Source: an uncultured Chitinophagaceae bacterium
Lineage (GTDB): Bacteria > Bacteroidota > Ignavibacteria > UBA10030 > UBA8401
NCBI GenBank assembly: GCA_964642725.1
Contig: CAZXQG010000002.1
Span: forward strand, 101,551-133,550
DNA length: 32,000 bases
Direction of reading: 5' to 3'
Every line of letters starts with the position of its first letter. The first letter of the stretch is position 1. This document shows positions 15,001 through 24,627 of this stretch, one piece after another. Made by a program: the position numbers and the translations under genes. The notes beneath the pieces were generated by a model. It was not told the origin of the DNA, made no database searches, and saw only the letters and a list, made by a program, of their open reading frames with translations.

Positions 15001-15905
15001 TGCTCCCAACCTTACTCATTCTTAACCCACGTTCAGGCCGCGGAAACAACGAGAAACATATTCCCGTAATTAGAGAATTTTTCAAGGCAAAGGGAATTGT
15101 CTTCGATGTTCAGGTCACTACATGTCCTGGCGATGCCGTGAGGATCGCCAGCGAGGCGAAAAAGAACTACGCCATTATTGTCGCCGGTGGCGGAGACGGG
15201 ACGGTCAATGAGGTTGTTAATGGGATAGCAGGATCGAACAACGTTCTTGGAATTCTGCCGCTTGGATCCGGCAACGATTTTGCAAATGTTTTGTCCTATC
15301 CTAAAAAATTACATGACAGCTTGCAAATTCTGACGCGTCAACATATTAAATCAATTGACTTAGGGTTAATTGAAGTAATAAATAGCAAACTGGAAAAGAC
15401 GGCAAAGTACTTCATTAATGCGGTAGGCATTGGTCTCGATGCACAAGTGGCCTATGAAGCTAAGAAGATATACTGGGCTCGCGGACTAACTAAATACGCA
15501 TTAGCAGCAGTGAAGGTTATAGCTCAGTATCGCGCTGAGTCATCGTTCGTAACGAGCTCGGAATTTGAGAGTGCAGGAAAACACTTATTGATCTCGATTG
15601 GAAACGGGAAAAGTTCCGGGGGTGGCTTCTATCTGACGCCTGACGCAGCGCTTGATGACGGACATCTCGACGTGTGTTTGGCAAAGGATCTTTCAATACT
15701 CAACATCCTTAAAATATTCCCGTTCGTTTTTGTGGGCAAGCATGGTCGGTTTGCGCAAATTGCGATAAAACGAACGAAGGATTTGGTCGTAAAAACACAT
15801 GGAGACGTTCCGGTGCACGTTGATGGAGAGATGATGGGATTAGATAACCGGGAGATACACGTTTCAGTGATTCCCAATGGTATGTCTGTTCTGATGCCTC
15901 TTTAA
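15000..15905 (+). CDS. diacylglycerol kinase-family lipid kinase (YegS/BmrU-like)
   Basis: 301 aa. The GTG start overlaps the dapF stop by 1 nt. Motifs are LLILNPRSGRG and the GGGDGTVNEVVNG nucleotide-binding block. Confidence 0.85.
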   Translation: MLPTLLILNPRSGRGNNEKHIPVIREFFKAKGIVFDVQVTTCPGDAVRIASEAKKNYAIIVAGGGDGTVNEVVNGIAGSNNVLGILPLGSGNDFANVLSYPKKLHDSLQILTRQHIKSIDLGLIEVINSKLEKTAKYFINAVGIGLDAQVAYEAKKIYWARGLTKYALAAVKVIAQYRAESSFVTSSEFESAGKHLLISIGNGKSSGGGFYLTPDAALDDGHLDVCLAKDLSILNILKIFPFVFVGKHGRFAQIAIKRTKDLVVKTHGDVPVHVDGEMMGLDNREIHVSVIPNGMSVLMPL

Positions 15906-15997
15906 TTTCTTGGACAAGTGATTTTTGGCGCTGGTATGTTTTGATATAATATGTGTTATGTAAAGTTAGTCATTTGCTCAGTGAACAACACTTTCTT

Positions 15998-18250
15998 CTA
16001 TCCTTTACCGTCCATAATTTTACTGATTGAATTGTAATAGGCACCTTCTGCAGCTTTCCTATCCAAGTTGAGAACCTCTCCTACAATAATCTTGGGTAAT
16101 TCGGTCACTTTACCAAGTTGAGCAAATTCTATCTTGTGGTGTTGGCATATACTTTCGATCGCCGCGCGGTTTTTGGGATTGGCTGATATGACAATTCTGC
16201 TCTGCTCTTCGCCAAACAGGAGAAAATCTTGTCGCTTATCCTTGCGTTCGGAGAGGTTCACATTACATCCAATTTCCGGATTCTCTGCAGTAATAACGCT
16301 TTCAACGAGCGAAATCGCGAAGCCTCCTTCGGAAACATCGTGAGCTGAGCTCAAGAAGCCTTTTTGGATTAACTCAAGGCAGCACTCATGCAATCGTTTT
16401 TCCTCGTCGATATCGAAAAATGGAGCATTGTTTCCAGTCATGCCGAAGACTTCCTTTAAATACTCGCTTCCGTTCACGTCACCTCGAAGCGTGCCAAGCA
16501 GAATAATATCATCTCCGGCTTTGTTAAACGCACTAGTCGTAACGTGAGATTCGTTCTCGATAAGTCCTACCATCCCGATCACCGGGGTCGGATAGATTGC
16601 TCCCAGCGGATTTTCATTGTAGAAGCTAACATTTCCGCCGGTCACGGGAGTTTCAAAAACACGACAAGCGTGTGCGATGCCGCCGACTGCCTCCTTGAAC
16701 TGCCAATATGATTCCGGTTTATATGGATTGCCAAAGTTTAAGCAATTTGTAATTCCAATAGGCCTAGCTCCTGAACAAATAACATTCCTAGCTGATTCAG
16801 CTACAGCTATTTCTGCTCCAATTTTAGGGTTCAAATAAACATACCTGGAATTACAATCCGTTTTCATAGCAAGAAATTTTCCGGTTCCGTCTATTCGAAC
16901 AACCGCTGCATCTGAGTTTGGGCCAACTCTCGTGCCGGTCCTGACCATTGAATCGTATTGTTCGAAAACCCATCGTTTGCTCGCGATGTTTGGAATTGCC
17001 AGGAGCTTCAAAGTTATCTCCTGAAGGTTTCCCGGTTCTTTCAACGCTTCAAGCTTTAACTCTGTGCGAACGCTTAGATATCCGGGCTCTCTTGATTCGC
17101 GGTGATATACCGGAGCACCTCCGCCCAGAACTAACGATTCAGCAGGAACATCCGCTTTTAACTCTCCATTTTTGAATATCTTGACTCGCCCGTCATCCGT
17201 TACTTCACCGATCACCACAGAGTGAAGATCCCATTTGTCGAAAATTTCGGTTACCGTTTTTTCGGAACCTTTTTTAACGACGAGCAGCATTCTCTCCTGG
17301 GATTCGGAAAGCATTATTTGATATGCGGACATGTTAGACTCGCGCACCGGCACTTTGTCAAGGTCAATGCGCATCCCGGAATTTCCCTTGGCACTCATTT
17401 CAGTTGTTGAACAAGTGATTCCGGCGGCGCCCATATCTTGTATACCCACAATCAATCCAGCCTTAATAACTTCAAGTGTTGCTTCGAGCAGTAATTTTTC
17501 TGTAAATGGATCCCCCACCTGGACGGACGGCCGTTTGCTTTCAGATTTTTCCGAAATCTCTTCGGACGCGAATGTCGCCCCATGAATTCCATCTTTGCCG
17601 GTGGATGAACCAACGATCATCACTGGATTTCCGGTTCCTTTTGAAGTTGCGGAGGCAATTTCCGAGTGTTTTACTATGCCGACGGCCATGGCGTTGACAA
17701 GAGGGTTTCCTTGATAACTATTGTCAAAGTAGACTTCACCGGCCACGGTGGGAACGCCAAAACTATTGCCATAATCCCCCACTCCTTTTACTACGCCGCG
17801 GAACAGCTGCCTCGCTTGCTCATCAGTAAGTTCACCGAATCTTAATGAGTTGAGTGATGCGATCGGTCGTGCTCCCATCGTGAATATATCGCGCATAATT
17901 CCGCCTACACCGGTAGCAGCTCCCTGATATGGCTCTACGGCTGAGGGATGATTGTGACTCTCAATTTTAAAAGCCACGGCCAATCCATCGCCGATATCGA
18001 CAAGACCCGCGTTCTCTTCCCCCGCACTGACGAGAAGCCGTCCCCCTGAACGCGGAAGTGTTTTCAACAAAGCAATAGAATTCTTGTAACTGCAGTGTTC
18101 GCTCCACATGACGCTGTAGATTCCCAGCTCCGTGTAGGAAGGAGTTCTGCCCAACAGCTTCAGTATTCTCTGGTATTCTTCATCCGTTAGCCCGTGCTGA
18201 AGGGCCAAGTCTTTTGTTACTTTAGGTTCTTGTTCTAAATCATGTGCCAT
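15998..18250 (-). CDS. purL: phosphoribosylformylglycinamidine synthase subunit PurL
   Basis: 750 aa. The blocks [36 protein letters not shown] and VSDGGLA-like [10 protein letters not shown] match throughout. Confidence 0.95.
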   Translation of the reverse strand: MAHDLEQEPKVTKDLALQHGLTDEEYQRILKLLGRTPSYTELGIYSVMWSEHCSYKNSIALLKTLPRSGGRLLVSAGEENAGLVDIGDGLAVAFKIESHNHPSAVEPYQGAATGVGGIMRDIFTMGARPIASLNSLRFGELTDEQARQLFRGVVKGVGDYGNSFGVPTVAGEVYFDNSYQGNPLVNAMAVGIVKHSEIASATSKGTGNPVMIVGSSTGKDGIHGATFASEEISEKSESKRPSVQVGDPFTEKLLLEATLEVIKAGLIVGIQDMGAAGITCSTTEMSAKGNSGMRIDLDKVPVRESNMSAYQIMLSESQERMLLVVKKGSEKTVTEIFDKWDLHSVVIGEVTDDGRVKIFKNGELKADVPAESLVLGGGAPVYHRESREPGYLSVRTELKLEALKEPGNLQEITLKLLAIPNIASKRWVFEQYDSMVRTGTRVGPNSDAAVVRIDGTGKFLAMKTDCNSRYVYLNPKIGAEIAVAESARNVICSGARPIGITNCLNFGNPYKPESYWQFKEAVGGIAHACRVFETPVTGGNVSFYNENPLGAIYPTPVIGMVGLIENESHVTTSAFNKAGDDIILLGTLRGDVNGSEYLKEVFGMTGNNAPFFDIDEEKRLHECCLELIQKGFLSSAHDVSEGGFAISLVESVITAENPEIGCNVNLSERKDKRQDFLLFGEEQSRIVISANPKNRAAIESICQHHKIEFAQLGKVTELPKIIVGEVLNLDRKAAEGAYYNSISKIMDGKG

Positions 18251-18264
18251 AGAGTTATAGTATC

Positions 18265-18762
18265 CTATTCTATAAGAAAAAGCAATTCACCTTTATTAAC
18301 GACCTGCCTGTCAACGACATGCACTTTTTTTATGATCCCTTCCTTTGTCGCGCGTATTTCATTTTCCATTTTCATCGCTTCTAATACGAGCAGCCCATCC
18401 CCCGCCTCAACTCGTTCTCCCTCCTTGACTTCACAACGAACAACCATTCCCGGCATGGGAGAACGCACTTCTGTGGCCGAGTGTTTTTTCGGTAATGCAG
18501 CGGACCGAAGAACAGCCAATTGCGTCCCAGAGGTCTCGACCCCTACCCTATAGATATTTCCATGGATTATGATCCCATATATGAGATCATTTCTAGTGAT
18601 TGTACCATGAAATGACCTGCCGTTTAAGATCAGGGAAAAACGTCCCGAAGATATTTTTTGTATATCAGCCTGAATAATTTTTCCATCCAATAATATCGAG
18701 CCGTCCCCCTCAAATGACCATTTATACTGTTTATCGTTGATGCTGGCAATGAGTGTTGGCAT
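18265..18762 (-). CDS. biotin carboxyl carrier (biotin/lipoyl attachment domain) protein
   Basis: About 165 aa with the biotinylation motif [10 protein letters not shown] in a C-terminal hybrid-barrel domain. ATG 18762 lies just after the accC stop; the track uses GTG 18765. Confidence 0.85.
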   Translation of the reverse strand: MPTLIASINDKQYKWSFEGDGSILLDGKIIQADIQKISSGRFSLILNGRSFHGTITRNDLIYGIIIHGNIYRVGVETSGTQLAVLRSAALPKKHSATEVRSPMPGMVVRCEVKEGERVEAGDGLLVLEAMKMENEIRATKEGIIKKVHVVDRQVVNKGELLFLIE

Positions 18763-18765
18763 CAC

Positions 18766-20265
18766 TTATTCTTCGATTCGATTATATTTCCAGCGACCTT
18801 GATTTGCGGCTTGCTCTTTTCGATCGTTCGAAGACTCTGAAGTGGAACGATGCACAGCAGCAGCAATTAGTGAAGCGGCTAATTCCGTATTGGAATTGGG
18901 AGTTACTTCGTTTGGATGATAATATTTCTCGACAAACTGGTTATCGTACTTGCCGCCGACAAAACTCGGATGCGAAACAACGAATCGGCAGAAAGGGATT
19001 GTAGTTGCTACTCCGGAGAGTACATATTCTGAGAGGGCTCGGTCCATCCTTTTGATTGCTTCGTTACGGTCCGCACCCCACGCTATCAATTTGGCCAGCA
19101 AGGGATCATAGAAATGAGCAACAGTTGTTCCCGTCATAACTCCGGAATCATGCCTGATTCCGTATCCTTCGCTTGGAGCATACTCTTCAATAGTTCCCGT
19201 GGAAGGAAAGAAATTATCATCTGGATCTTCCGCGCATATCCTGCATTCGATCGCATGACCTCGTGGAGAAACAGTCTCTTGCAAGTAAGGCAATGGTTCA
19301 CCCTGTGCGATTTTGATCTGCGCTTTCACCAAATCAATGCCGTAGACCAACTCTGTAACCGGATGCTCAACCTGAAGACGTGTGTTCATTTCGAGGAAAT
19401 AGAAAGCACTCTTCGAGTCCACTAAAAATTCAACCGTTCCTGCACTAACGTACCCGGACTCTCGGGCCGCATTGACAGCGGCTTTCCCCATCGCTTGTCT
19501 CAAAGGCTCTGACAAATCAGAACTAGGACATTCCTCGACAAGTTTTTGATGTCTTCGTTGAATCGAACACTCTCTTTCCCCCAAAAAGATTACGTTCCCA
19601 TGCATGTCTGCGAGGATCTGAATTTCAATGTGCCGCGGACTCAACAGATACTTTTCAATAAACACATCAGCGCTCCCGAACGCCTTAAGCGACTCTGATT
19701 GCGCTTGCCGCAACGATTGTTCAAGTTCATCCTCCCGCTCGACCTTTCTCATCCCCTTTCCCCCGCCGCCATGAACAGCCTTAATTAATACCGGATATTC
19801 AATCTGTTGAGCTACATTAATTGCTTGACTATAATCCTTTACTGGAGCGATGGTTCCGGGTAATATCGGAACCTTTGCTTTCTGCATCAATTCGCGGGCT
19901 GCAGTCTTACTTCCCAGTTTTTTCATCGCAGAAGAAGGCGGTCCGATGAAAGTCAATCCTTCTGAAATTACTGCGTCAACGAAATCAGGGTTTTCGGAAA
20001 GGAACCCGTATCCGGGGTGGATCGCATCGCAATGTGATTTTTTTGCGACGGCAATTATCTTTTGTATGTCGAGATACGTGTCTCTTGAAAGGTTGCCATG
20101 AAGGGGGTAAGCTTCGTTTGAATTAAAGACATAGGGAGCACAACGGTCTATATCCGAAAAAACCGCCACCGTTTCAATACCCATTTCCGATGCAGAGCGG
20201 TGAATGCGCAAGGCGATTTCCCCGCGATTGGCAATGAGCAATTTTTTAATCCGTTTTGGCCTCAT
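18766..20265 (-). CDS. accC: biotin carboxylase (acetyl/acyl-CoA carboxylase alpha component)
   Basis: 499 aa with KLLIANRGEIALRI, the ATP-grasp block GGGGKGMR and EMNTRLQVEHPVTE. Confidence 0.93.
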   Translation of the reverse strand: MRPKRIKKLLIANRGEIALRIHRSASEMGIETVAVFSDIDRCAPYVFNSNEAYPLHGNLSRDTYLDIQKIIAVAKKSHCDAIHPGYGFLSENPDFVDAVISEGLTFIGPPSSAMKKLGSKTAARELMQKAKVPILPGTIAPVKDYSQAINVAQQIEYPVLIKAVHGGGGKGMRKVEREDELEQSLRQAQSESLKAFGSADVFIEKYLLSPRHIEIQILADMHGNVIFLGERECSIQRRHQKLVEECPSSDLSEPLRQAMGKAAVNAARESGYVSAGTVEFLVDSKSAFYFLEMNTRLQVEHPVTELVYGIDLVKAQIKIAQGEPLPYLQETVSPRGHAIECRICAEDPDDNFFPSTGTIEEYAPSEGYGIRHDSGVMTGTTVAHFYDPLLAKLIAWGADRNEAIKRMDRALSEYVLSGVATTIPFCRFVVSHPSFVGGKYDNQFVEKYYHPNEVTPNSNTELAASLIAAAVHRSTSESSNDRKEQAANQGRWKYNRIEE

Positions 20266-22637
20266 TCGTTTCTAAGGTCGACAATAGTTACTCCCATCCC
20301 TCCCTCATTCCACTCGCCAAAATGGTGCGACTTGATTCTTGAGTCAGACTCTAGAAACGAAGTGATTTTTTTTCTGAGCGCACCCGAACCTTTTCCATGT
20401 ATAATATCTACACGATGTAATCCTGTGTAAATGGCACTATCAATGAACTTATCGACTGCTTGTAATGCTTCATCGCCATATAATCCCCTGACATCGATTT
20501 CGCGCTGTGGAACTGCCTCCAAAAGAACTGGCGCAAAAGACTGACCCCTTTTCTCCGTTCTTGAAATCGGAACAACATCGTTGGCGTGTATTTTTATTTT
20601 TAGATTGTCGAAAGCAACTTGAAGGATTCCATTGGCGTCCGGCGGCTGTAAGACTTCGCCTATCTGAGAATTTGATCTCAACCTAACCGTTGTTCCCTTT
20701 GTTATTTTACTGTATTCCGTAAAACCGGGAGCACCGGATTCTATTTCGTCTAGAGCTTTTTCCATGACAAGAATTTCATTCTCCAGCATTTTGATGTCTT
20801 GCTTGCTTTCAACAATCGAATGTTTATCGGCCTGGTGCTGCCGAATTTCCCTGATGGACTTTTCAATGATAGAGTTTGCCTTGTTCACGATCTCTTTTGC
20901 TTCTTCGACAGCTTTTGACTTTAGCGACTTAATTTCCTCTCGCGATCCTTTTAATTTTATTTCATAATTACTAATTAACTCTTTAAATTTGAGTTTTTCA
21001 GCATCAATGATCGCAAGTTGCTTTGCGATAAATTGTGAACGACTTTCAAGGTCGACGATTAATTTTTCAAGCCGCGACTTTTGCTCTCCTGCCATTTTTT
21101 CAGCATCGGAAATTATCGCCGGCGGAACTCCGAGCCGCCGTGCGATTTCCAATGCGTAGCTGCTTCCTGGAACGCCAAATCTAAAATTAAAGGTCGGTGT
21201 CAGCGTTGTCTGATCAAACTCCATGGCACCATTCTCCATGCCCTCGGTCTCGTGTACAAATGCCTTCAGTGTTACCTGGTGTGTTGTCGCAATTGTCAGT
21301 GCCCCCGCTTTGGTCAATTGAGCTAAAATGACGGCTGCGAGCGCGCCCCCTTCGGCCGGGTCGGTGCCGGCACCTATTTCGTCGATGAGGATTAAGCTGT
21401 GTTCATCTGCCGAACTAAGAATGCCCTTGAGCATCGTAATGTGCGAACTAAATGTGCTAAGGTCGTTTTCGATGGATTGGTCATCGCCGATATCAACAAA
21501 TATTTTCTTAAACAGTGGAAATTCTGAATCTGCGGATGCCGGCAGATGGAGTCCGCATTGCAGCATTAACACCAAAACACCGATAGTCTTCATCGCAACG
21601 CTTTTACCCCCAGCATTGGGGCCCGTGATAAGTAAGGTATTGTAGCCATTTCCCAGTTCTATGGACAATGGAATTATCTTTTCCCGTGAATGACGGAGGA
21701 GGAGAATAGGGTGTCGTGCTTCAACAATTTTCAGAGAACCAAATTCTTTTAGAAACGGCTTATTGCCTTTAATTTCAATCGAATATCTAGCCTTAGCATA
21801 AATTAAATCTAGGTGTTGAAGCTCATCAAGGCTTTTCAGCAAATCCGGAAAAACCTCTCGGACTTGCAGCGTCAGCAGCCGAAGGATCTTTTCAATCTCA
21901 CGCTGCTCTTTGAAATGTAGTTCTCGAATTTCATTGTTAAGTGACAGTGTTTCTGCAGGCTCGATGAAAACAGTTGAACCGCTTGCCGAGGAACTGTGAA
22001 TGAAGCCGGGGACGCTGCGTTTTTGTTCCACTTTAACGGGGATCACCATCCTGCCGTCCCGCGTCGTGATAATATCATCTTGTGTAAGCCCCTGTTCAGA
22101 AACGCTTTTCAGAATGCGTTCCAGTTGTTTACGCAGCAATTCGTACATTGAAACTAATTCGATCCTAATTGTCCGCAATTCTTTACTTGCGGTATCTTTT
22201 ATATTTCCATTCTCATCAATAGCTTGGAGGATATTATACTCAAGTATCTTATTGATGCTTATATGTTCACAAAAAGCGTGTAACTCGAGATACGCTTCTT
22301 TTCTCTTCTGAATGAACGTCTTAATATTTTTTGCGGCTTGGAGGGTTTGGGCGATTGAAAAAAGTTCGGATGTCCCAAGAATGCTGTTTTCTATGCCGGC
22401 TCTCTGGAGGGGCTCTCGGACATCCTTCAACCCATCAATTGGAAATGGATCATCGCTCTCCAGGAGTTTCTTCATCTCGTCCACTCGATTAAGCTCTAGT
22501 GTCAGGACGTTCAAATCCTCGGTCGGGGTGACATGCTCCGCAGCGATCCTGCCTAATTCAGACGATGCATAGCCTTGCAAACGACCGAGTATCTTTTTGA
22601 ATTCAAGCTTTTCGGCTGCAGATTGGAATTCGGTCAT
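20262..22637 (-). CDS. mutS2: endonuclease MutS2 (MutS domain V ATPase + C-terminal Smr)
   Basis: 791 aa with the Walker A motif TGPNAGGKS, LIDEIGAGTDPAEG and a C-terminal Smr domain (IDVRGLYGDEA ... IIHGKGSGALR). Confidence 0.93.
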   Translation of the reverse strand: MTEFQSAAEKLEFKKILGRLQGYASSELGRIAAEHVTPTEDLNVLTLELNRVDEMKKLLESDDPFPIDGLKDVREPLQRAGIENSILGTSELFSIAQTLQAAKNIKTFIQKRKEAYLELHAFCEHISINKILEYNILQAIDENGNIKDTASKELRTIRIELVSMYELLRKQLERILKSVSEQGLTQDDIITTRDGRMVIPVKVEQKRSVPGFIHSSSASGSTVFIEPAETLSLNNEIRELHFKEQREIEKILRLLTLQVREVFPDLLKSLDELQHLDLIYAKARYSIEIKGNKPFLKEFGSLKIVEARHPILLLRHSREKIIPLSIELGNGYNTLLITGPNAGGKSVAMKTIGVLVLMLQCGLHLPASADSEFPLFKKIFVDIGDDQSIENDLSTFSSHITMLKGILSSADEHSLILIDEIGAGTDPAEGGALAAVILAQLTKAGALTIATTHQVTLKAFVHETEGMENGAMEFDQTTLTPTFNFRFGVPGSSYALEIARRLGVPPAIISDAEKMAGEQKSRLEKLIVDLESRSQFIAKQLAIIDAEKLKFKELISNYEIKLKGSREEIKSLKSKAVEEAKEIVNKANSIIEKSIREIRQHQADKHSIVESKQDIKMLENEILVMEKALDEIESGAPGFTEYSKITKGTTVRLRSNSQIGEVLQPPDANGILQVAFDNLKIKIHANDVVPISRTEKRGQSFAPVLLEAVPQREIDVRGLYGDEALQAVDKFIDSAIYTGLHRVDIIHGKGSGALRKKITSFLESDSRIKSHHFGEWNEGGMGVTIVDLRNE

Positions 22638-23182
22638 CGGTGCAGGGGCGCTTCTTTATGGTTGGACGCTTTCTTTACCGAACCAATGATCTCTTGGTAG
22701 AAATCCTCAGATTCAGGGAGAAGAGTGTTAACGCTGTCGAAGATGCGGGGGGCAAAATTCTTGACCGGCTTGTAAAGGAGGGAATCCGAGCGAGTCTCTC
22801 CGGATGGAAAATGAAAGTAGATGCTAAGAAAAATGACCATCAAGCTTAACAAAATTCCCCCTTCCACCAACCCCACGATAAGGCCCCCTACTCTGTTCCA
22901 CGTTCCGTCAGCGAGCTTCTTGATAGCAATCTTGTAGATAATGGCCTGAGCAATCATGATTCCGCCAACAATCAGTATATATGAAAGTGTTGTGCTTGCG
23001 CCCGCGGAAATCCCCATGGGCACGAGAACCATGTCCCCAAACGAAGAAGCATATTTTGTCGCGAGGATAAGAGATAAGGCTAAACACGCTAACGCGATCG
23101 ATTTTTTCAGAAAACCGCTTCGCCATCCGGCAAACATAAATACTCCAAGAACAACGACGAGAATTGTATCGAAGGTGTTCAT
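22634..23182 (-). CDS. cvpA: CvpA-family membrane protein
   Basis: 182 aa with 4 hydrophobic helices. The N-terminus FDTILVVVLGVFMFAGWRSGFLKK is typical of CvpA. It overlaps both neighbours by 4 nt. Confidence 0.8.
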   Translation of the reverse strand: MNTFDTILVVVLGVFMFAGWRSGFLKKSIALACLALSLILATKYASSFGDMVLVPMGISAGASTTLSYILIVGGIMIAQAIIYKIAIKKLADGTWNRVGGLIVGLVEGGILLSLMVIFLSIYFHFPSGETRSDSLLYKPVKNFAPRIFDSVNTLLPESEDFYQEIIGSVKKASNHKEAPLHR

Positions 23183-23634
23183 GAACGTCCCTCAAGCTTT
23201 TGTTTGACAATTTCCGAGATTACTTTCGAATCTATTCTTCCTTTCAATTCTCTCATTGCCACCGGCATGACTTTCCCCATCTCTTTCATAGACACGGCGC
23301 CCGATTGTTGAATAATGGTAGAAACAATGTTTTCAGCTTCTTCGCGCGATAATTGTTTTGGCATATACTCGGAGATGATCTCAAGTTCTTTTGTTTCTTG
23401 CTCGACCAATTCCATTCTTCCCGCATTTTGAAAATGTTCGATAGCCTCTTTTCTCTTTTTTGCGGCAGATATGAGAATTGACATTTCATCGTCCTCATTC
23501 ATCGCGCGGTCAAGGCCCTTTTTTTCAAACTCTATGATTTGTGCGCGAAGCATCCGAAGGGTTTCAAGCCGCAGCTTGTTTCCCGATTTCATCGCAGTTT
23601 TTAAATCTTCATTGATCCGTTGTGTCAGTCCCAT
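23179..23634 (-). CDS. GatB/YqeY domain protein
   Basis: 151 aa. INEDLKTAMKSGNKLRLETLRMLRAQI ... EIISEYMPKQLS is characteristic of the YqeY family. Confidence 0.88.
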   Translation of the reverse strand: MGLTQRINEDLKTAMKSGNKLRLETLRMLRAQIIEFEKKGLDRAMNEDDEMSILISAAKKRKEAIEHFQNAGRMELVEQETKELEIISEYMPKQLSREEAENIVSTIIQQSGAVSMKEMGKVMPVAMRELKGRIDSKVISEIVKQKLEGRS

Positions 23635-23660
23635 ACAATGCTTTTTGTAATGAAGAGATG

Positions 23661-24371
23661 TTAGATGCCGCCATAAATTTTAATTGTTTCTCCGTTGATT
23701 GCCGAAGCTTCATCCGATGCAAGAAATGCGATGAGATCTGCCGCCTGGTCCAATGTAACCCAGCCGGATGTCTCCTCTTTTGAGGCGGAGCGTTTATTGG
23801 GCTCTGTCAGCAGAATGCTTGGGGCAATCGCATTCACCGTTATACTTGAATCGGGAAAATTTTTAGCCTCATCGCCTGCTATACGTGTGAATGTCGCGAT
23901 TGCGGCTTTCGATATTCCATATGCGCCGCGTCCTGCAGACGGAGCGAGCCCGGCCATCGCTGAAACATTAACGATTCTTCCGTACTTCTTTTTTTGCATA
24001 ATTCGGAGCGCGCTCTGCGAGCACAAAAAGCATGTTTTTAAGTTCAACGCAAACATGAAATCCCATTCTTTTTCTGTCAGGTCGGCGATATTCTTCTTGG
24101 GCATATACCCCCCGACGAGATTGCAAAGGATGTCGATGCGTCCTTTTTGTTCAAGCAGCGCTGCAAAGATTTGATGGACTTCGCCTTCATTCGACAAGTC
24201 GCCCCTGAGGGTCAAGATGTCAGGGAACAGTTTTGAGAATTCTGCAGCCTCCACATCGGAACGGTACGTGACGGCGACGTACGCTCCTTCGTTCTGGAAG
24301 TGTTTTGCTACCGACTTGCCCAGTTCACCGGTTCCGCCGGTAATTAATGCTATCCTACTCTTCAATTTCAT
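23661..24371 (-). CDS. SDR-family oxidoreductase (FabG-like)
   Basis: 236 aa with the TGGTGELG cofactor motif, the YGISKAA catalytic YxxxK motif and NVSAMAG. Confidence 0.85.
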   Translation of the reverse strand: MKLKSRIALITGGTGELGKSVAKHFQNEGAYVAVTYRSDVEAAEFSKLFPDILTLRGDLSNEGEVHQIFAALLEQKGRIDILCNLVGGYMPKKNIADLTEKEWDFMFALNLKTCFLCSQSALRIMQKKKYGRIVNVSAMAGLAPSAGRGAYGISKAAIATFTRIAGDEAKNFPDSSITVNAIAPSILLTEPNKRSASKEETSGWVTLDQAADLIAFLASDEASAINGETIKIYGGI

Positions 24372-24627
24372 AACCTAATATATCGTACAACGAGACGAAA
24401 ATCAATCCGCCTCACTTTTGCATAGTAGATTGCGGGATTCCTTAACGAGAAGATCGCATATGACGAAATTATTTATATGGTAAATTAACAAAGTCGTCGA
24501 CATCTGCCCAATCAACGGACATCAGGTCATGACATTGAAGTATGCCTTAACTGTTAATAAGCAAATTGATTCTTACGACATTAGCGTGTATATTATACAT
24601 ATTTTCATTCACTATCTGAGAGATCCG

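Noticed and set aside
22908-23210. 100-aa minus-strand ORF overlapping cvpA in another frame
   Set aside because: It overlaps a well-supported membrane-protein frame and the yqeY end, and has no independent start signal or recognisable domain.
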